Counted from the whole stretch's first letter, positions 23,430 through 35,295 are shown. The stretch: 51,274 bases of DNA, filler included, from Squatina squatina (GCA_031763465.1; 3 parts of 2 records of this genome joined end to end with filler, not necessarily neighbours in it); one strand, 5' to 3'. The notes: generated by a model not told the origin, from the letters alone. A program made the numbers and translations.

Positions 23430-23620
23430 AGGAAGATAAAGGAGAGATGCATGTGAATCAATATGGCCACTCCTCTGCTCTTGGTGGGGTTGGAGACTAC
23501 CATTGTTTGGCTCGTTGAGTCCCATGTGAGTTTGATGTGTTCTGGAGGAAAGAGGTGTGTTTCCTGACATGAATGCCTATTCTGTTTTGAGTTGGGGGGG
23601 CATCTCCCCTGGCTAGGGTC
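23430..23620 (-). mobile_element. L1-clade LINE endonuclease fragment
   Basis: CQETHL...EHIKL.W...SNPTKSRGVAILIH..LSF matches the APE endonuclease motifs of L1 ORF2. Confidence 0.75.
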
Positions 23621-24639
23621 CCTCACCATTTGCTTCTCATCATACTGTGCCCCATACGCAGAGGAAGTGTTTCCCTTGGGGGTCTGCCACAATGTTGTCG
23701 ACCATGTGAAACTGGACTTAACTTTTCCTTAGTAGTGTGTTTGAGAGAGGCTCCCTCTGTCTCCCCACCACACCCTCTTCCAGATTCTAGTTTCACTCCA
23801 GAAGGGTAACTCCCTGGTTGAAAGCTGGATGGGGTTGACCTTTGCCTGACCCCACTTCTGTGGCCCATCTTGCGCAGCTAGTCAGTTGCAATGTGCATAG
23901 CTTTTCTGGCTGAATACCCTACTTTTCTTATTGATGAAAGGAATCAATGTGGTTCTATGCAGTTTGCAGCATAATATAGGTGAAATGGTTATGCAGCTAA
24001 TTGTGATGTTCAACCTGAAGACATATGGAACCATATAAGCGATATTGTAATTCTGCAGGTTTTCCAACTGCAGATAATGGGGAAACAAACTATCCAGCAT
24101 TCTTAAATCATTCTTGGAGCTGAGTTCATATCATTACCTGTATGTGAAGAAATGGTATTTATTGCATCCATTCCTGAAACAAATCCCAGTTTAAAAAAAA
24201 AATTCCATTGCTTTTACAGGTCATTGCTGTCTCTGTCCTTGAACAACATGTGCTGCAACTGAATGCTGCAACCACCTCCGACCGAGGATGCTTTTGTGAA
24301 ACTCCAGCTGCCGAAATACAGATGATGTCACACTGAAAAGCAACCAGCTACAAAAAATTTTCAAGCTGTCAGACAGCTATTTATCATGATTTACTTAACA
24401 TACAGAAAAGAAATACTGGAATAGATTTAAGCTCATTTTGTCAACACACTAAGGCCATATTTCAATAAACTAAAATCTAATTTAGGTACAGAAGTATTAT
24501 TATTTTACGACCTATTGAGTTGCATTACCAGGACTTGACAGGTCTCCAGCTATTTCAAATCACGGTGAATTTTTAGGAAGAGTTTTTCAGCCGCACAATA
24601 TGTTAATATGCTTTTCTCTACTACCAACTGTTTTTTATT

Positions 24640-24813
24640 CATTCATGGGATATTGCTGGCAAGGCCTGTTCCCACTAAACTGCTGACTACCCAACTTCCT
24701 TTATTGGTCTCCATGCTAGTTGATATTGTAAATTGTTCCCTCGCCTCCGGTATCGTGTCCCTGCCTTTCACAACCACCATCATTGGCCCCCTCCTAAAAA
24801 AAAAAACACCTCT
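24640..24813 (+). mobile_element. L2/CR1-group LINE ORF2 fragment
   Basis: PTKLLTTQLPLLVSMLVDIVNCSLASGIVSLPFTTTIIGPLLKK is the typical segment preceding RT domain 1. Confidence 0.75.
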
Positions 24814-24939
24814 NNNNNNNNNNNNNNNNNNNNNNNNNNNNNNNNNNNNNNNNNNNNNNNNNNNNNNNNNNNNNNNNNNNNNNNNNNNNNNNNNNNNNNN
24901 NNNNNNNNNNNNNAAGAACATCTTACATCTCTAACTTTT

Positions 24940-25040
24940 TCCAGTTCTGACGACGGGTCATCGAACTGAAAGGTTAACTCTGTTTCTCTTTCCATAGATG
25001 TTGCCTGGCCTGCTGAGTATTTCCAGCATTTTCTGTTGTG
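24940..25040 (+). mobile_element. Penelope-like terminal repeat fragment with a degenerate minimal hammerhead motif
   Basis: agttCTGACGAcgggtcatcgaactGAAAggttaactctgtttctct...cctgctgagtatttccagcattttctg. The 3' part recurs in reverse at 37760-37836. Confidence 0.55.
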
Positions 25041-25225
25041 TATACCATGCATGTCATGTACAATGGTTAATTGATATAATTAACTTATTCAGTAAGGAAG
25101 GAGAAGTTTTGTAGAGCCACCTAGTAGACTACTGATGTAATAATAATAAAGCCATGTGCTGCATCAGTTCTCACCTGGGAGCCATGTTGTGCAGTTCTCT
25201 GTGTTTACTGTGTCTCAAGATACCA

Positions 25226-25443
25226 CAGCAGCGAGTGGTTATGGTCTGGAATGCACTGCTTGAGGCAAATTCAATCATGGCTTTCAAAAGGGAATTAGAT
25301 AAGTACCTGAAAGAACAAAAATTGCAGGGCTACGGAGAAAGGACGGGGGATTGCGACTAGCTGAAGTGCACTTGCAGAGAGCTGGCACAGGCTCAACGGG
25401 CCGAATGGCCTCCGGCTGTGCTGTAACGATTCTATGATTCTAT
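25226..25443 (+). mobile_element. CR1 LINE 3' end
   Basis: RVVMVWNAL...FKRELDKYL, then gggccgaatggcctcc..tgtgctgtaa and an (attctatg)n tail. Confidence 0.9.
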
Positions 25444-28134
25444 CAAATATTTCTGTTATGGTTGGGGAATTCCAGCAATATTGGTATTAAACAATAATAT
25501 TAAAAGTTTCAAGTATTTTTTGAAGCTATATCCCTATTTCTCCAGCAGAGGTGTATGTGTGAGTATATGTAAATATATTCCACTAAACATCAAGGTATTG
25601 AAGACCAAAACATGAATTTGTAAAGCAGGTTTTGGTCAATTGAAAAATTTGTAATGATGTAGCATGTTCTGTATTTGTAATATCCGCTAACGTTAATCTT
25701 GTTGTGTCTGGCTGGATTTTGAATCTAATGCAATATTAACAGTGACAATATAAACTTAAAAGATGCACAAAGGTTGTTTTAAAACTGACCCGCTATTGCA
25801 AAAAATATTTTACTACTTACATTACTAGTTTAAATTAAGGTTAAGCACCAAGGCAACAAGCCTTTGGATTAAGTTTAGGTAGCATGTTCCTATTCAGATT
25901 TAGTGCACGATCCCTTTAAGAGTTTGCCCTCCTTTCTGGACATCACTGAGCTAATGTGAACTCAGACTAGACAGTGCACAGTCCACTGATCTCCTCAAGA
26001 TAATCTGTTCTGTTTTTTCTCAAAAGTGTTTAGATTCCTTTCTAAATAAATAATAGTCATAAAATTAACTGCAACAGATTCATTAACATTAAGTTCAATC
26101 AAATTGTCTGAAAATCACAGTACACAGTTTAAATCACAAGTAAAAAAGCAACAAATTACATAATTGATGAGATGAGGGTTAATAATTATGTAATCAAACT
26201 TCAATATGGAGCAAATGGAGCATAATCAGGAATGAGTGGGGATGAAATATTAGTGAGTGCGACNNNNNNNNNNNNNNNNNNNNNNNNNNNNNNNNNNNNN
26301 NNNNNNNNNNNNNNNNNNNNNNNNNNNNNNNNNNNNNNNNNNNNNNNNNNNNNNNNNNNNNNNATTCCTGCAGTAGTTATTTGATTGGTTGAATCTTCCA
26401 GTAGGTTCAACTCTGTGTTATATATCATTATCCAATATAGAAACACTCAATGCTGTCAAAGCTTCCTTAGCACAGCATTATTAGTAATCTTAGCAAAGCA
26501 CAGCTACATTATTACTGATGGAAAAATGTAAGAAAAATACATTTAAGGAGGTAATAAAATTTGAGGCATAAAAGTAAAAAATGAAAAGAGATGTCTCAAT
26601 ACTGCAGTGCTGATGTCAAAGTAACTTCAGGTGTCAAGGCTATCTGAGCAGAGACACATATGGGCTAAAAGTCCCAGGGACCCAATCCCACCAGAGTTTG
26701 CAGCAGCCGTTAGAGGGTACTTTATTAACATGAAATAGGTTGTGGCAAGCACAACTTCAAGTCTTTCTCTGGCACCTACCTGCCCCATATGCCTCGAAAC
26801 CAGCCTTCACCCACCACTGGGGATGGATTGCCCAGGTCCACCCAATTTCCCAACCCAGGTCACGTTCCCCTTGAACACATACTGTATGACTTCTGGCATA
26901 GAACGTCTCAGAGGAATTTCAGGACTATATATTTCTGTGATTACTGCTCAAGTATGAAGCAGATAGAAGCGATTATTCTGAGGCCAGTTAACCATAGGTC
27001 AGCTAAGGTGTGTGTCTTTGCTGTGCTATGTATCTTGTAACATTTCAATCTACAAAAGTACTTCCTTACTGGAAATCCAACCAACTTCACAGCAGAGCCA
27101 TATATACTACATGTTAAAAGACCAAGAATTGAGCTTTACTGACCATTTTTAAATGGCATAATTAAAAAGAAACAAATTATCAGGAATTACCAAATGTAAC
27201 ATGAACCACTGAAGTATGTTTATTTGAAAAATATAAATACGAATGTATCAAAACCTGCTGAATACAAGATGACACCCTGTAAACATCCTATCTCATAGCA
27301 TGCCCGGACACATGGAGCACACATATTCTTGTCAGACTGTCTGAAAATGAGGCATGGCTTTGTTAATAAGATACTTCATCCGCTGTTGTCTTAGGGATAT
27401 GAGAAGCTGGCAACATGAAGTACTTCAATTTGCGTCATTGCTGCTGTGTCTTTTGTGGACTGTTTGATAAGTATCCTTTGTAGCTATGACACAATATGTT
27501 GATTTAGCTTTCCAGAATCCTATTTAAAACAGCCTTTCTTGCAATTTTTCTCTCTAACCTATTTCACTTCTACCATTTGAGAAAATATCCAACAGTGTAG
27601 GAAAGCCACTTCTGATAGTGTATGAAAGTTATTATGCTCTCAAAGCTACCTATTTGGAATAATGTTTTTCACCATTAGCACTGCCAGACAAACAAAAAAA
27701 TATCTCTTCAATCCACCTTTACCTTATATTACATTAAAGGAGAAGCTGTATGACATTGGGAAGGAATGGCCCTGGAATTCCTGGGAGAGTTGTGGCACTG
27801 TAATGACGCATCAACATTGCAGAGCCCAATTTACGGNNNNNNNNNNNNNNNNNNNNNNNNNNNNNNNNNNNNNNNNNNNNNNNNNNNNNNNNNNNNNNNN
27901 NNNNNNNNNNNNNNNNNNNNNNNNNNNNNNNNNNNNACTTGATTGCCTTATATAATCAGGTGGGGGGATTTCCTAATTTCCCAATATTTCCAGAAATAAG
28001 CAACAGGCTTTTTAGCTCCCTCTGCTTTTATTGCCTTACACTGAATGTACCATTACCAACAGTTGTGGATAGGGGAGTCTTGATGGGTCTATTCTCATGA
28101 TTGGTTTCAAATGCCCAATGTAGTGTGGTTGCAG

Positions 28135-28264
28135 GGAGGAGAAAGAGGACTCAAAGTCCAGTTTCCAACTTTTAGCAGTTTCATCTCCACCATTAACCAG
28201 AAGCAGGAAGCCATTGGTGGTATCAGTTCTCCTGCAAAACCTGTCTTACCTAATGCCAAACATG
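28135..28264 (+). CDS. HECTD2: HECTD2 exon (N-terminal region, equivalent to human exon 2)
   Basis: ttgcag|GGA GGA...CAT G|gtaatc, 130 nt, phase 0/1. Encodes GGERGLKVQFPTFSSFISTINQKQEAIGGISSPAKPVLPNAKH, versus human GLDRGAKGQISTFSSFISAVSPKKEAAENRSSPAHLVFPNIKN. Confidence 0.85.
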
Positions 28265-28547
28265 GTAATCGAATGTGTGCTCTCAAGAGTAATGTTGACT
28301 ACTGCTTGTTGTGAGGTTGTGTTCAAATATGCTTTTGTCTGTTTGGCAGCATTTTGTAAATAATTGTAGCTAAGTTTTGAAATGTGTTTCTTTTTAAATT
28401 TTTCAAATTATATAGCTTTTCTTTTGGGACCTTATTTATACTTCACACTGTTCCCCCAGACAGGGAGGTCAGATGATACGTTCTCAACCTCTGTCCATAC
28501 CACTCTTGAGCTTGCTGCCAGAAGTTGTATGACCGCCCCATTCAGAA

Positions 28548-28820
28548 GCCTTAAAATTAGGGCTTGGCTGTTCAGAGGTGATGTCGGAAAGCACATCTTT
28601 GCACAAAGTGTGGTGGAAATCTGGAACTCCCTGCCCCCAAAAGCTGTTGAAGCTATGTCAATTTGAAAATTTTAGAACTGAGATTGCTAGCTTTTTGTTG
28701 GGTAAGGATATTAAGGCTTATGGAACTAAGGCAGGCAGATGGAGTTAAGATACAGATCAGCAATGATCTAATTGAATAGCAGAACAGGCTCGCATGGCCT
28801 CCTCCTGTTCCTCTGTTCCT
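28548..28820 (+). mobile_element. CR1 LINE 3' end
   Basis: SLKIRAWLFRGDVGKHIFAQSVVEIWNSLPPKAVEA followed by the 3' UTR ...tggcctcctcctgttcct. Confidence 0.85.
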
Positions 28821-29223
28821 AATATTGAGAAGTCATATGGAATTGTAATGGATCAGACTTACCTTAGTGTAGTGTAGTGCATTAGTATCCCTACCTTTCT
28901 GAACTGCAATTATTTAACTTGCTTTATTTGTAAAGTGAAATTCTACCGATTGCTCCAAGAAAGAATTGCCCAAGGTAGTGGGAGAGGGCATTAGCAGTTT
29001 CCATTCTAAATATGGACAGAGGGATAAATAAAATGGGAGAAAAATGGACATCAATTGTGTGCAGATGTAAGATTTTTACTATTAGTATTCAATTCCCAGT
29101 GGCTTTGCAATGCCGAGTCAAGNNNNNNNNNNNNNNNNNNNNNNNNNNNNNNNNNNNNNNNNNNNNNNNNNNNNNNNNNNNNNNNNNNNNNNNNNNNNNN
29201 NNNNNNNNNNNNNNNNNNNNNNC

Positions 29224-29828
29224 TTAACTGGACCAGCCACATAAACACTGTGGCAACAAGAGTAGGTCAGAGGATGGGTATTCTGCGGCAAGTGACTCAC
29301 CTCTGACCTCCCAAAGCCTTTCCACCATCTACAAGGCACAAGTCAGGAGTGTGGTGGAATACCCTCCACTTGCCTGGATGAGTGCAGTTCCAACAACACT
29401 CAAGAAGCTCGACACCATCCAGAACAAAGCAGCCTGCTTGATTGGCACCCCATCACCACCTTCAACATTCACTCCCTCCACCACCGGCGCACCGTGACTG
29501 CAGTGTGCACCATCTACAAGATGCACTGCAGCACCTCCCAAACCCGTGACCTCTACCACCTAGGACAAGGGCAGTAGGTGTATGGGAGCACGATCACCTG
29601 CAAGTTTCCTTCCAAGTTACGCACCATCCTGACTTGGAGGGACATCGTCGTTCCTTCATCGTCGCTGGGTCAAAATCCTGGAACAGCACTGTGGGAGTAC
29701 CTTCACCACAAGGACTGCAGTGGTTCAAGAATGCGTCTCATCACCACCTCCTCAAGGGCAATTAGGGATGGACAATAAATACTGGTCTTGCCAGCGACAC
29801 CCACATCCCAGAACAAATAAAAAAAAAC
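29224..29828 (+). mobile_element. LINE (CR1/L2 group) ORF2 C-terminus and 3' UTR
   Basis: LNWTSHINTVATR...IYKAQVRSVVEY...LKKLDTIQNKAACLIG; 3' end aagggcaattagggatggacaataaat...cacatcccagaacaaataaaaa, shared with copies at 35296-35482 and 45201-45335. Confidence 0.88.
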
Positions 29829-30236
29829 TGTAAGGATAGATTGTTCATCCTGCAACATGTTATCCCAAATATTTCTAACATAGGCTTTAGCTCATAGCAA
29901 ATTGAATCTTGCTGATGGACATTCATTTTTATGGTAAACATGGACAGACTTTTGGGAAGAAACCTCAATTATGGTAGCCTGCATTAGTGTACTGAAATCC
30001 TCACTAAATTAAACAACAGATATGGAAGAAATGTGTCCATTTCATTTCCTTTTAACAATTTAGTTACTTTGTGTCACACAATGATTAATCTAAACACTTT
30101 TGTNNNNNNNNNNTGTACATCATACAACTATAGATGAAAACTAGTTCTAAACCTGTCTTATAAGCCCATCCTCCATCCCAATAGTAAGGTCAGAGTTGCC
30201 AGTATGGTACGGGTGCAGATGGTCAGAATGACTCAC

Positions 30237-30376
30237 CCTGGCAGATCACTGCCGCACGTTCACGGGTTGTACATTTGCCAGACCTTCTCATATCACAGTC
30301 CTGCAGTGTCACCTCATCTCCTTTGCATTTAATGTAAGAAACTGCTTGTGGAATATCTTGCTGACTCACATCAACC
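30237..30376 (-). CDS. Internal exon encoding the C-terminal half of a scavenger receptor cysteine-rich (SRCR) domain; gene unidentified
   Basis: tctgcttttttcag|G GTT GAT...TGC CAG G|gtgagt, 140 nt, open frame, phase 2 in and phase 1 out. Encodes VDVSQQDIPQAVSYIKCKGDEVTLQDCDMRRSGKCTTRERAAVICQ, which fits the SRCR pattern C-x-G-x-E-x-x-L-x-x-C...C...A-x-V-x-C. Confidence 0.8.
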
Positions 30377-30523
30377 CTGAAAAAAGCAGAAACCACAATT
30401 AATTCCCAGTACCATAAAACTGTCCCTCTCAAACTGCTTTAAATCTTCCCTTACTGTGTGTTAATGCTTTCTTTATTTTTGTGTAAACCATGTCTTTATA
30501 TTTTATTTTCCATTAATTCATAG

Positions 30524-30613
30524 TGGGATGCCAATGCACCTTTTAATACAATAGACGATCCAGGCATTAATGTTAAATTTACAAACAGTGTTTATGACGC
30601 TTTGCTGAGCACA
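30524..30613 (+). CDS. HECTD2: HECTD2 exon
   Basis: ttcatag|TGG GAT...AGC ACA|gtgagt, 90 nt, phase 0/0. Encodes WDANAPFNTIDDPGINVKFTNSVYDALLST, versus human KDATASFNTIEDSGINAKFVNAVYDTLLNT. Confidence 0.92.
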
Positions 30614-31308
30614 GTGAGTATATTTTTAGCATCTTTAGCCAAATATAAAAAGTTTAAAACTTCAGTTTATAAATTGAATACTTTTCAGGGAAAGACTCTT
30701 CCAATACCTTTAGAGAATGCCACCTCATAAAGTACAATGACAGCACTGTAATACCATAGCAACCAGTTTGAGACTGATACCTGCTTAGAGTGATCAGTTA
30801 GACTGCTGGCTCCACATTACTGTCTGGCCAGGAAAAAAGTAGCTATACATATATGTGCTGTGATACAAATCTATAAAAGTAAATTGTAAGTTTGAATCAA
30901 TTCTCAAATGTTTGGAATACTGCATAACAACTTACAGTGAGCATTAGTGAAGAAACATTTACAAATGTGTTGCTGTCACATTACAAGACATCAAATGATG
31001 CAACAGGACTTTACTAGTTAAAGTGTTGCACCAAGTTACACACAACAACTTTATGAGCAGAATAATACAATGTGGATTATATAGTATAGTGCTCCTTTCC
31101 TTATGAAGCTTATCAATCTACCATACGCAACACCATGGAAGATCTGCTTTATAAAGCCCTTTGCTAAGCAGTATTGGTTTATAGTGAATACTACTACATT
31201 GTGGATATTAACTAATAAAATATACCGAGATTGATGTGTTGCTCTCTTTTGTACAATTAAAATCGATTGAATATATATGTATCAACCACAGGCTGTTGCT
31301 ATTTTCAG

Positions 31309-31373
31309 CCCCAGGACATCCAGAAAACAGTATTGAAAGGGATTATTAACAGCCTGCTGAGAGAATGGAAAGG
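31309..31373 (+). CDS. HECTD2: HECTD2 exon
   Basis: ttttcag|CCC CAG...AAA GG|gtaaga, 65 nt, phase 0/2. Encodes PQDIQKTVLKGIINSLLREWK(G), versus human PQDVQKTVLKGIINSLLREWKG. Confidence 0.95.
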
Positions 31374-31665
31374 GTAAGATTTAGATGTATCTTTTTAAAT
31401 GAACCTAACAGTTGTTTTGATGTTCAGTCTGTAGATTTGTGCAGTAGCCTGGAAAGTATCTGATTATAACAGATGCACATGGATGGTAGATTCTGTTCTG
31501 ATTTGCTTTGTATAGAGAAAAGCAAGATTATTACTGAACATATTCCCAGTGATTTGATGACAGCATGCAAGGGTGGGAGAAGTTCAAATTTTCACACGTT
31601 CTTCCATGTTCCCATTGGTTTCAGTGGGAGAAGAGGGTGCCACCTCTGCAATCACCAAAGAGTAG

Positions 31666-32810
31666 GGAGGCCCAATGGATCCTGCAGTGCAGGTGCAGAA
31701 TGGGCGTAAGTCATTTCTGGTGCAAAGGTCCAATGCTTCAGAATTCGTCCTCGTCTTGCGCCAGTGTCCAATGGGCACTTGCTGCTGTGCGCTGCTGGTG
31801 TGGTGTCCGCCGGCAGCAGGCTTCCATGGCATCATCACCCTGCGCACCATCCAAAATGGCCACCACGTTCAAAATTGGTATGCGTCCAGAACTTTAAAAA
31901 TCGGCGGGCCCCGTGCCCGGTTTCTCACGGTGACACACTCCATCTTGTGAATTACGGCGCTATTTAAAGGGGTAGAAGGGTGCGCCATTTTGCTTGAAGA
32001 AATCGCATTGCTGAAGGTCCATTCGGATTGAGGCATTGTTTGCGAATCGGGAGCTCTATTCCCAAAGAAACCTTTGCTTTTGGCTGAGCATTTCAGTGCT
32101 CAGGTGAACTTTCAAAATCAGGCATGGGTGCTGCTTTAGCGGTGGATTTNNNNNNNNNNNNNNNNNNNNNNNNNNNNNNNNNNNNNNNNNNNNNNNNNNN
32201 NNNNNNNNNNNNNNNNNNNNNNNNNNNNNNNNNNNNNNNNNNNNNNNNNCTGTGCCAGTCCTCGCCGCCACATCTGAGGCTGACACCGTCATGGCTATAT
32301 CCCTCCACAGACCACGCACAAGCCTGGCAGTGCCTCTTCTGCTGCCGCTACTGAATAGTGTGGCTGTCCTTCTGGATACAGATGAGACAAGAGTCTCAAG
32401 GGCGAGTCTGTGAATTTTGGGGCCCTTGGGCCTCTCCCATGACCTGCCATTCGCAAAGCTTCACACAACAGTTTCTGGCACCGGCAAACAGCTTCCTGTT
32501 CCCCTCTCCAAAGTGATCTGAGCACTGATTTGCTACCTTTCATGAGGCCCTTCAAGGGCTGAGGTGGGCTTACAAGTCATTAAGAGCAGTCGACTAAAAC
32601 AAAGAATTGGGCCCAAGAAGATATTGACGCCCATTTAACACTGCACCTGAACTTCATTGCGCTCATTTCTAGCTCAGTTTTGATCCTATCTCAAATTTTT
32701 TTTCTAAGAGACAAATTTCCGGGCCCAATTTCTGAGCGCAAAACAGACGCAAAAAACACACTTAGTCATCTGCTTAAGTTACCAGCACGACACAAGCCAA
32801 TTGGGCCCCC
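31666..32810. mobile_element. PIF/Harbinger transposon with both ends visible (middle in a gap), in a HECTD2 intron
   Basis: Left end GGAGGCCCAAT and right end (reverse complement) GGGGGCCCAAT, both flanked by TAG (31663-31665 and 32811-32813). A minus-strand Myb/SANT start at 32450 reads MAGHGRGPRAPKFTDS, then after one frameshift LETLVSSVSRRTATLF...LWRDIAMTVSASDVAARTGT. Confidence 0.7.
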
Positions 32811-34598
32811 TAGGAGTTTCTAGCCAGAAGAATAAGAAAAAGCAAATCCCTAAATACCCATGACAGATATTTATGTTCACTACTAACATTCATTAAAATG
32901 TTTTGTGAACTTGACAGTGGTAAGCTGTAGTTTTTGGGAGTCTTTGGCATAATGCAGAAGTACAAAAAAGAAGATTATAGACTATGAAATTCCTGGGTCT
33001 GGGAGGGTGGCACTGGTACATGGGTGGGGGGCAGAATTTGGGGCAGGACTTGGTAATACTGGGTCTCTGCTCCATCCTACCCACAGTAAAAAATGTTGGC
33101 AGGCACTACTTGCTTCCCTTCCATCCTGATGTCATTGAAAGAAGCAGGATTAGCGGGGTGATGTCCCTTGCCATAAATTCCACCTATTGCACCTACATGA
33201 TGCTATCCAATGGCAAATGTTTGGGACTAATGCTCGTTTCCCAATGGCAAACAATCACACAGCATTCAATTGCATTTACGAAAGAGGCCCCCTCAAATTA
33301 ATAGTATTTCTGGACACAGGAAACACTATTTTTCCATTGATTGCTGTTTATTGTAATGTCTCTTGTAATCACTGTGTCACCTAATTAAAATTAAGCCATC
33401 TACAGTGGTTTATAATTGCCATGGAGGGGATTTGTGGAGATGGTACGACACTTTTACATGACGTGTTTATGAACAGTGCATAGTTATCACTATCACATAA
33501 GAATGGTATTGTTTGGTATTCATGTATGGTAACTTAACACAGATAATAATCAATAATCATTGTAAGCAGCTAAATAGGCCTGATTATAAGCTTTTGATCG
33601 CTGAAGATTGTTACATGGTAATACTGATGGGCCAAAACTGAGGAATAAGGCTAATTTGCAAAGAAGATTGAGGAGTCCATGCTTTATAGACTAGGTGGTT
33701 GATCTATTCATGTAAAGGAGAGACAAGCAAATTTTGAGATCTGAGGTCATTCCCCAAGACATGTTGAAGAGAAACTGCAGAACATGAACTTGCAGAAAAG
33801 TGGAACATGAATGGATACCTTAAAAGACTGCAAAGGGTTTATTCAATTAGTTGGTTTGAACAGCCTTGGTTTGGACCTGCCCATGCTGATGGAAGATATA
33901 GAGAGTATTTGCGTAGAATCAGTTGCACCAAAATAATTTCAGTCATATGACTAGGACCAATATAAGCACATTGCACCCAATAACCNNNNNNNNNNNNNNN
34001 NNNNNNNNNNNNNNNNNNNNNNNNNNNNNNNNNNNNNNNNNNNNNNNNNNNNNNNNNNNNNNNNNNNNNNNNNNNNNNNNNNNNNTTTGAACATGTGATG
34101 ATTTATTTTTATTTAAGTGCTGTGAAATGTATTTTTAGGGGATTCGTAATTAAGCTTATAGGGGTTCCATATGTAAATGGAATCCCCATAAGCAAAATGG
34201 GAATCCCCCTTTGTGATTGGTTGGGCCGGTTCACATGATCCCAGGGAAGCTTGCGAACCGTGTGTGCCCCTGGGGTGTGTGGGCCTTTATGCAGGTGTAC
34301 GCCTGCAGGCCCAGGAGCGCGAGTCTTCAAAGACACGGAGGCACCAGGTAGGTGCGGACTTTTCTTGCGGTTCAGAGGCATTCGCCCGTGGGAAGCCTCC
34401 GACAGCAATTTCCAGCCCACTGCTTATTTCTATGGGATAATTGTGATTGTTTTCATTAGTTACTTATAATAATTCTCCAGTTGTATTGTGCCACCACTAT
34501 TGGTGAAGAATCTGCATGTAATTGGAACTTGTACAGAGACTTCACCCTCCTGCTCCTTTATGCTGATTCATATTGAATTCCTGTTGTTGTCTTTTTAG

Positions 34599-34644
34599 AC
34601 CACGGACAAAAGATGACCTTCGAGCTTATTTTTTACTTGTGCAG
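34599..34644 (+). CDS. HECTD2: HECTD2 exon
   Basis: tttttag|A CCA CGG...GTG CAG|gtatga, 46 nt, phase 2/0. Encodes PRTKDDLRAYFLLVQ, versus human PRTKDDLRAYFILLQ. Confidence 0.95.
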
Positions 34645-35019
34645 GTATGAAAATGTTTTCTGTGGTAACAGTTTATTTTTTTTTACAGGACATCTATGTT
34701 ATCAGATACATGAAATAATTTCACAGTGTTCACAGTGAAACAATACAATAGCCACTCACAATCCTCTAGAATATTACTCCTGTATCTATTATTAAACATG
34801 CTACCTTTAAAAGGCTTGTGCAGCGCTGGCATAGACCAGTTGGGCCGAATGGCCTGTTTCTGTGCTGTAGGTTCTACGTAATATGTTTATCATGCTGTTC
34901 CTCATTCTGCGATAAAGTTGTCCATATTGAAACTATTAATTATGATCATTGTCATTTGTTTGGGTCCTAGGTTTCTAATCTGATAATTAATATTAAGTAC
35001 TAATTTTTCTTTCTTGTAG

Positions 35020-35129
35020 AATCCTCAGTTTGCGAGCACATCGACATATGTCATCTACGCCCATTTGTTAAGGCAGACTGCCACTTTGTCTGAAGCGGAT
35101 CACCACTTTCTGGTTCACTGGCTTAAAAA
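35020..35129 (+). CDS. HECTD2: HECTD2 exon
   Basis: cttgtag|AAT CCT...AAA AA|gtaaaa, 110 nt, phase 0/2. Encodes NPQFASTSTYVIYAHLLRQTATLSEADHHFLVHWLK, versus human NPQFNNTSTYVIYAHLLRQIATLVEADHHFLVHWFK. Confidence 0.95.
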
Positions 35130-35195
35130 GTAAAATATTTTCTTTCTTTAGTGGGCCTAAAATATTTGGAGTTGGATACGGTTTATAATTAGCAC

Positions 35196-35295
35196 NNNNN
35201 NNNNNNNNNNNNNNNNNNNNNNNNNNNNNNNNNNNNNNNTTAATTAATTAANNNNNNNNNNNNNNNNNNNNNNNNNNNNNNNNNNNNNNNNNNNN
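35196..35295. other. Artificial scaffold-joining linker
   Basis: 44 N + TTAATTAATTAA (35240-35251) + 44 N, identical in structure to 15789-15888. Confidence 0.92.

Noticed and set aside
24220-24340. Possible terminal exon VIAVSVLEQHVLQLNAATTSDRGCFCETPAAEIQMMSH*
   Set aside because: Only an acceptor-like sequence supports it; no homology to HECTD2 or any protein I recognise.
14533-35129. Novel LHX6-RBM18-HECTD2 gene cluster or RBM18-SRCR fusion
   Set aside because: An artificial linker at 15789-15888 separates the blocks, so adjacency is unsupported.
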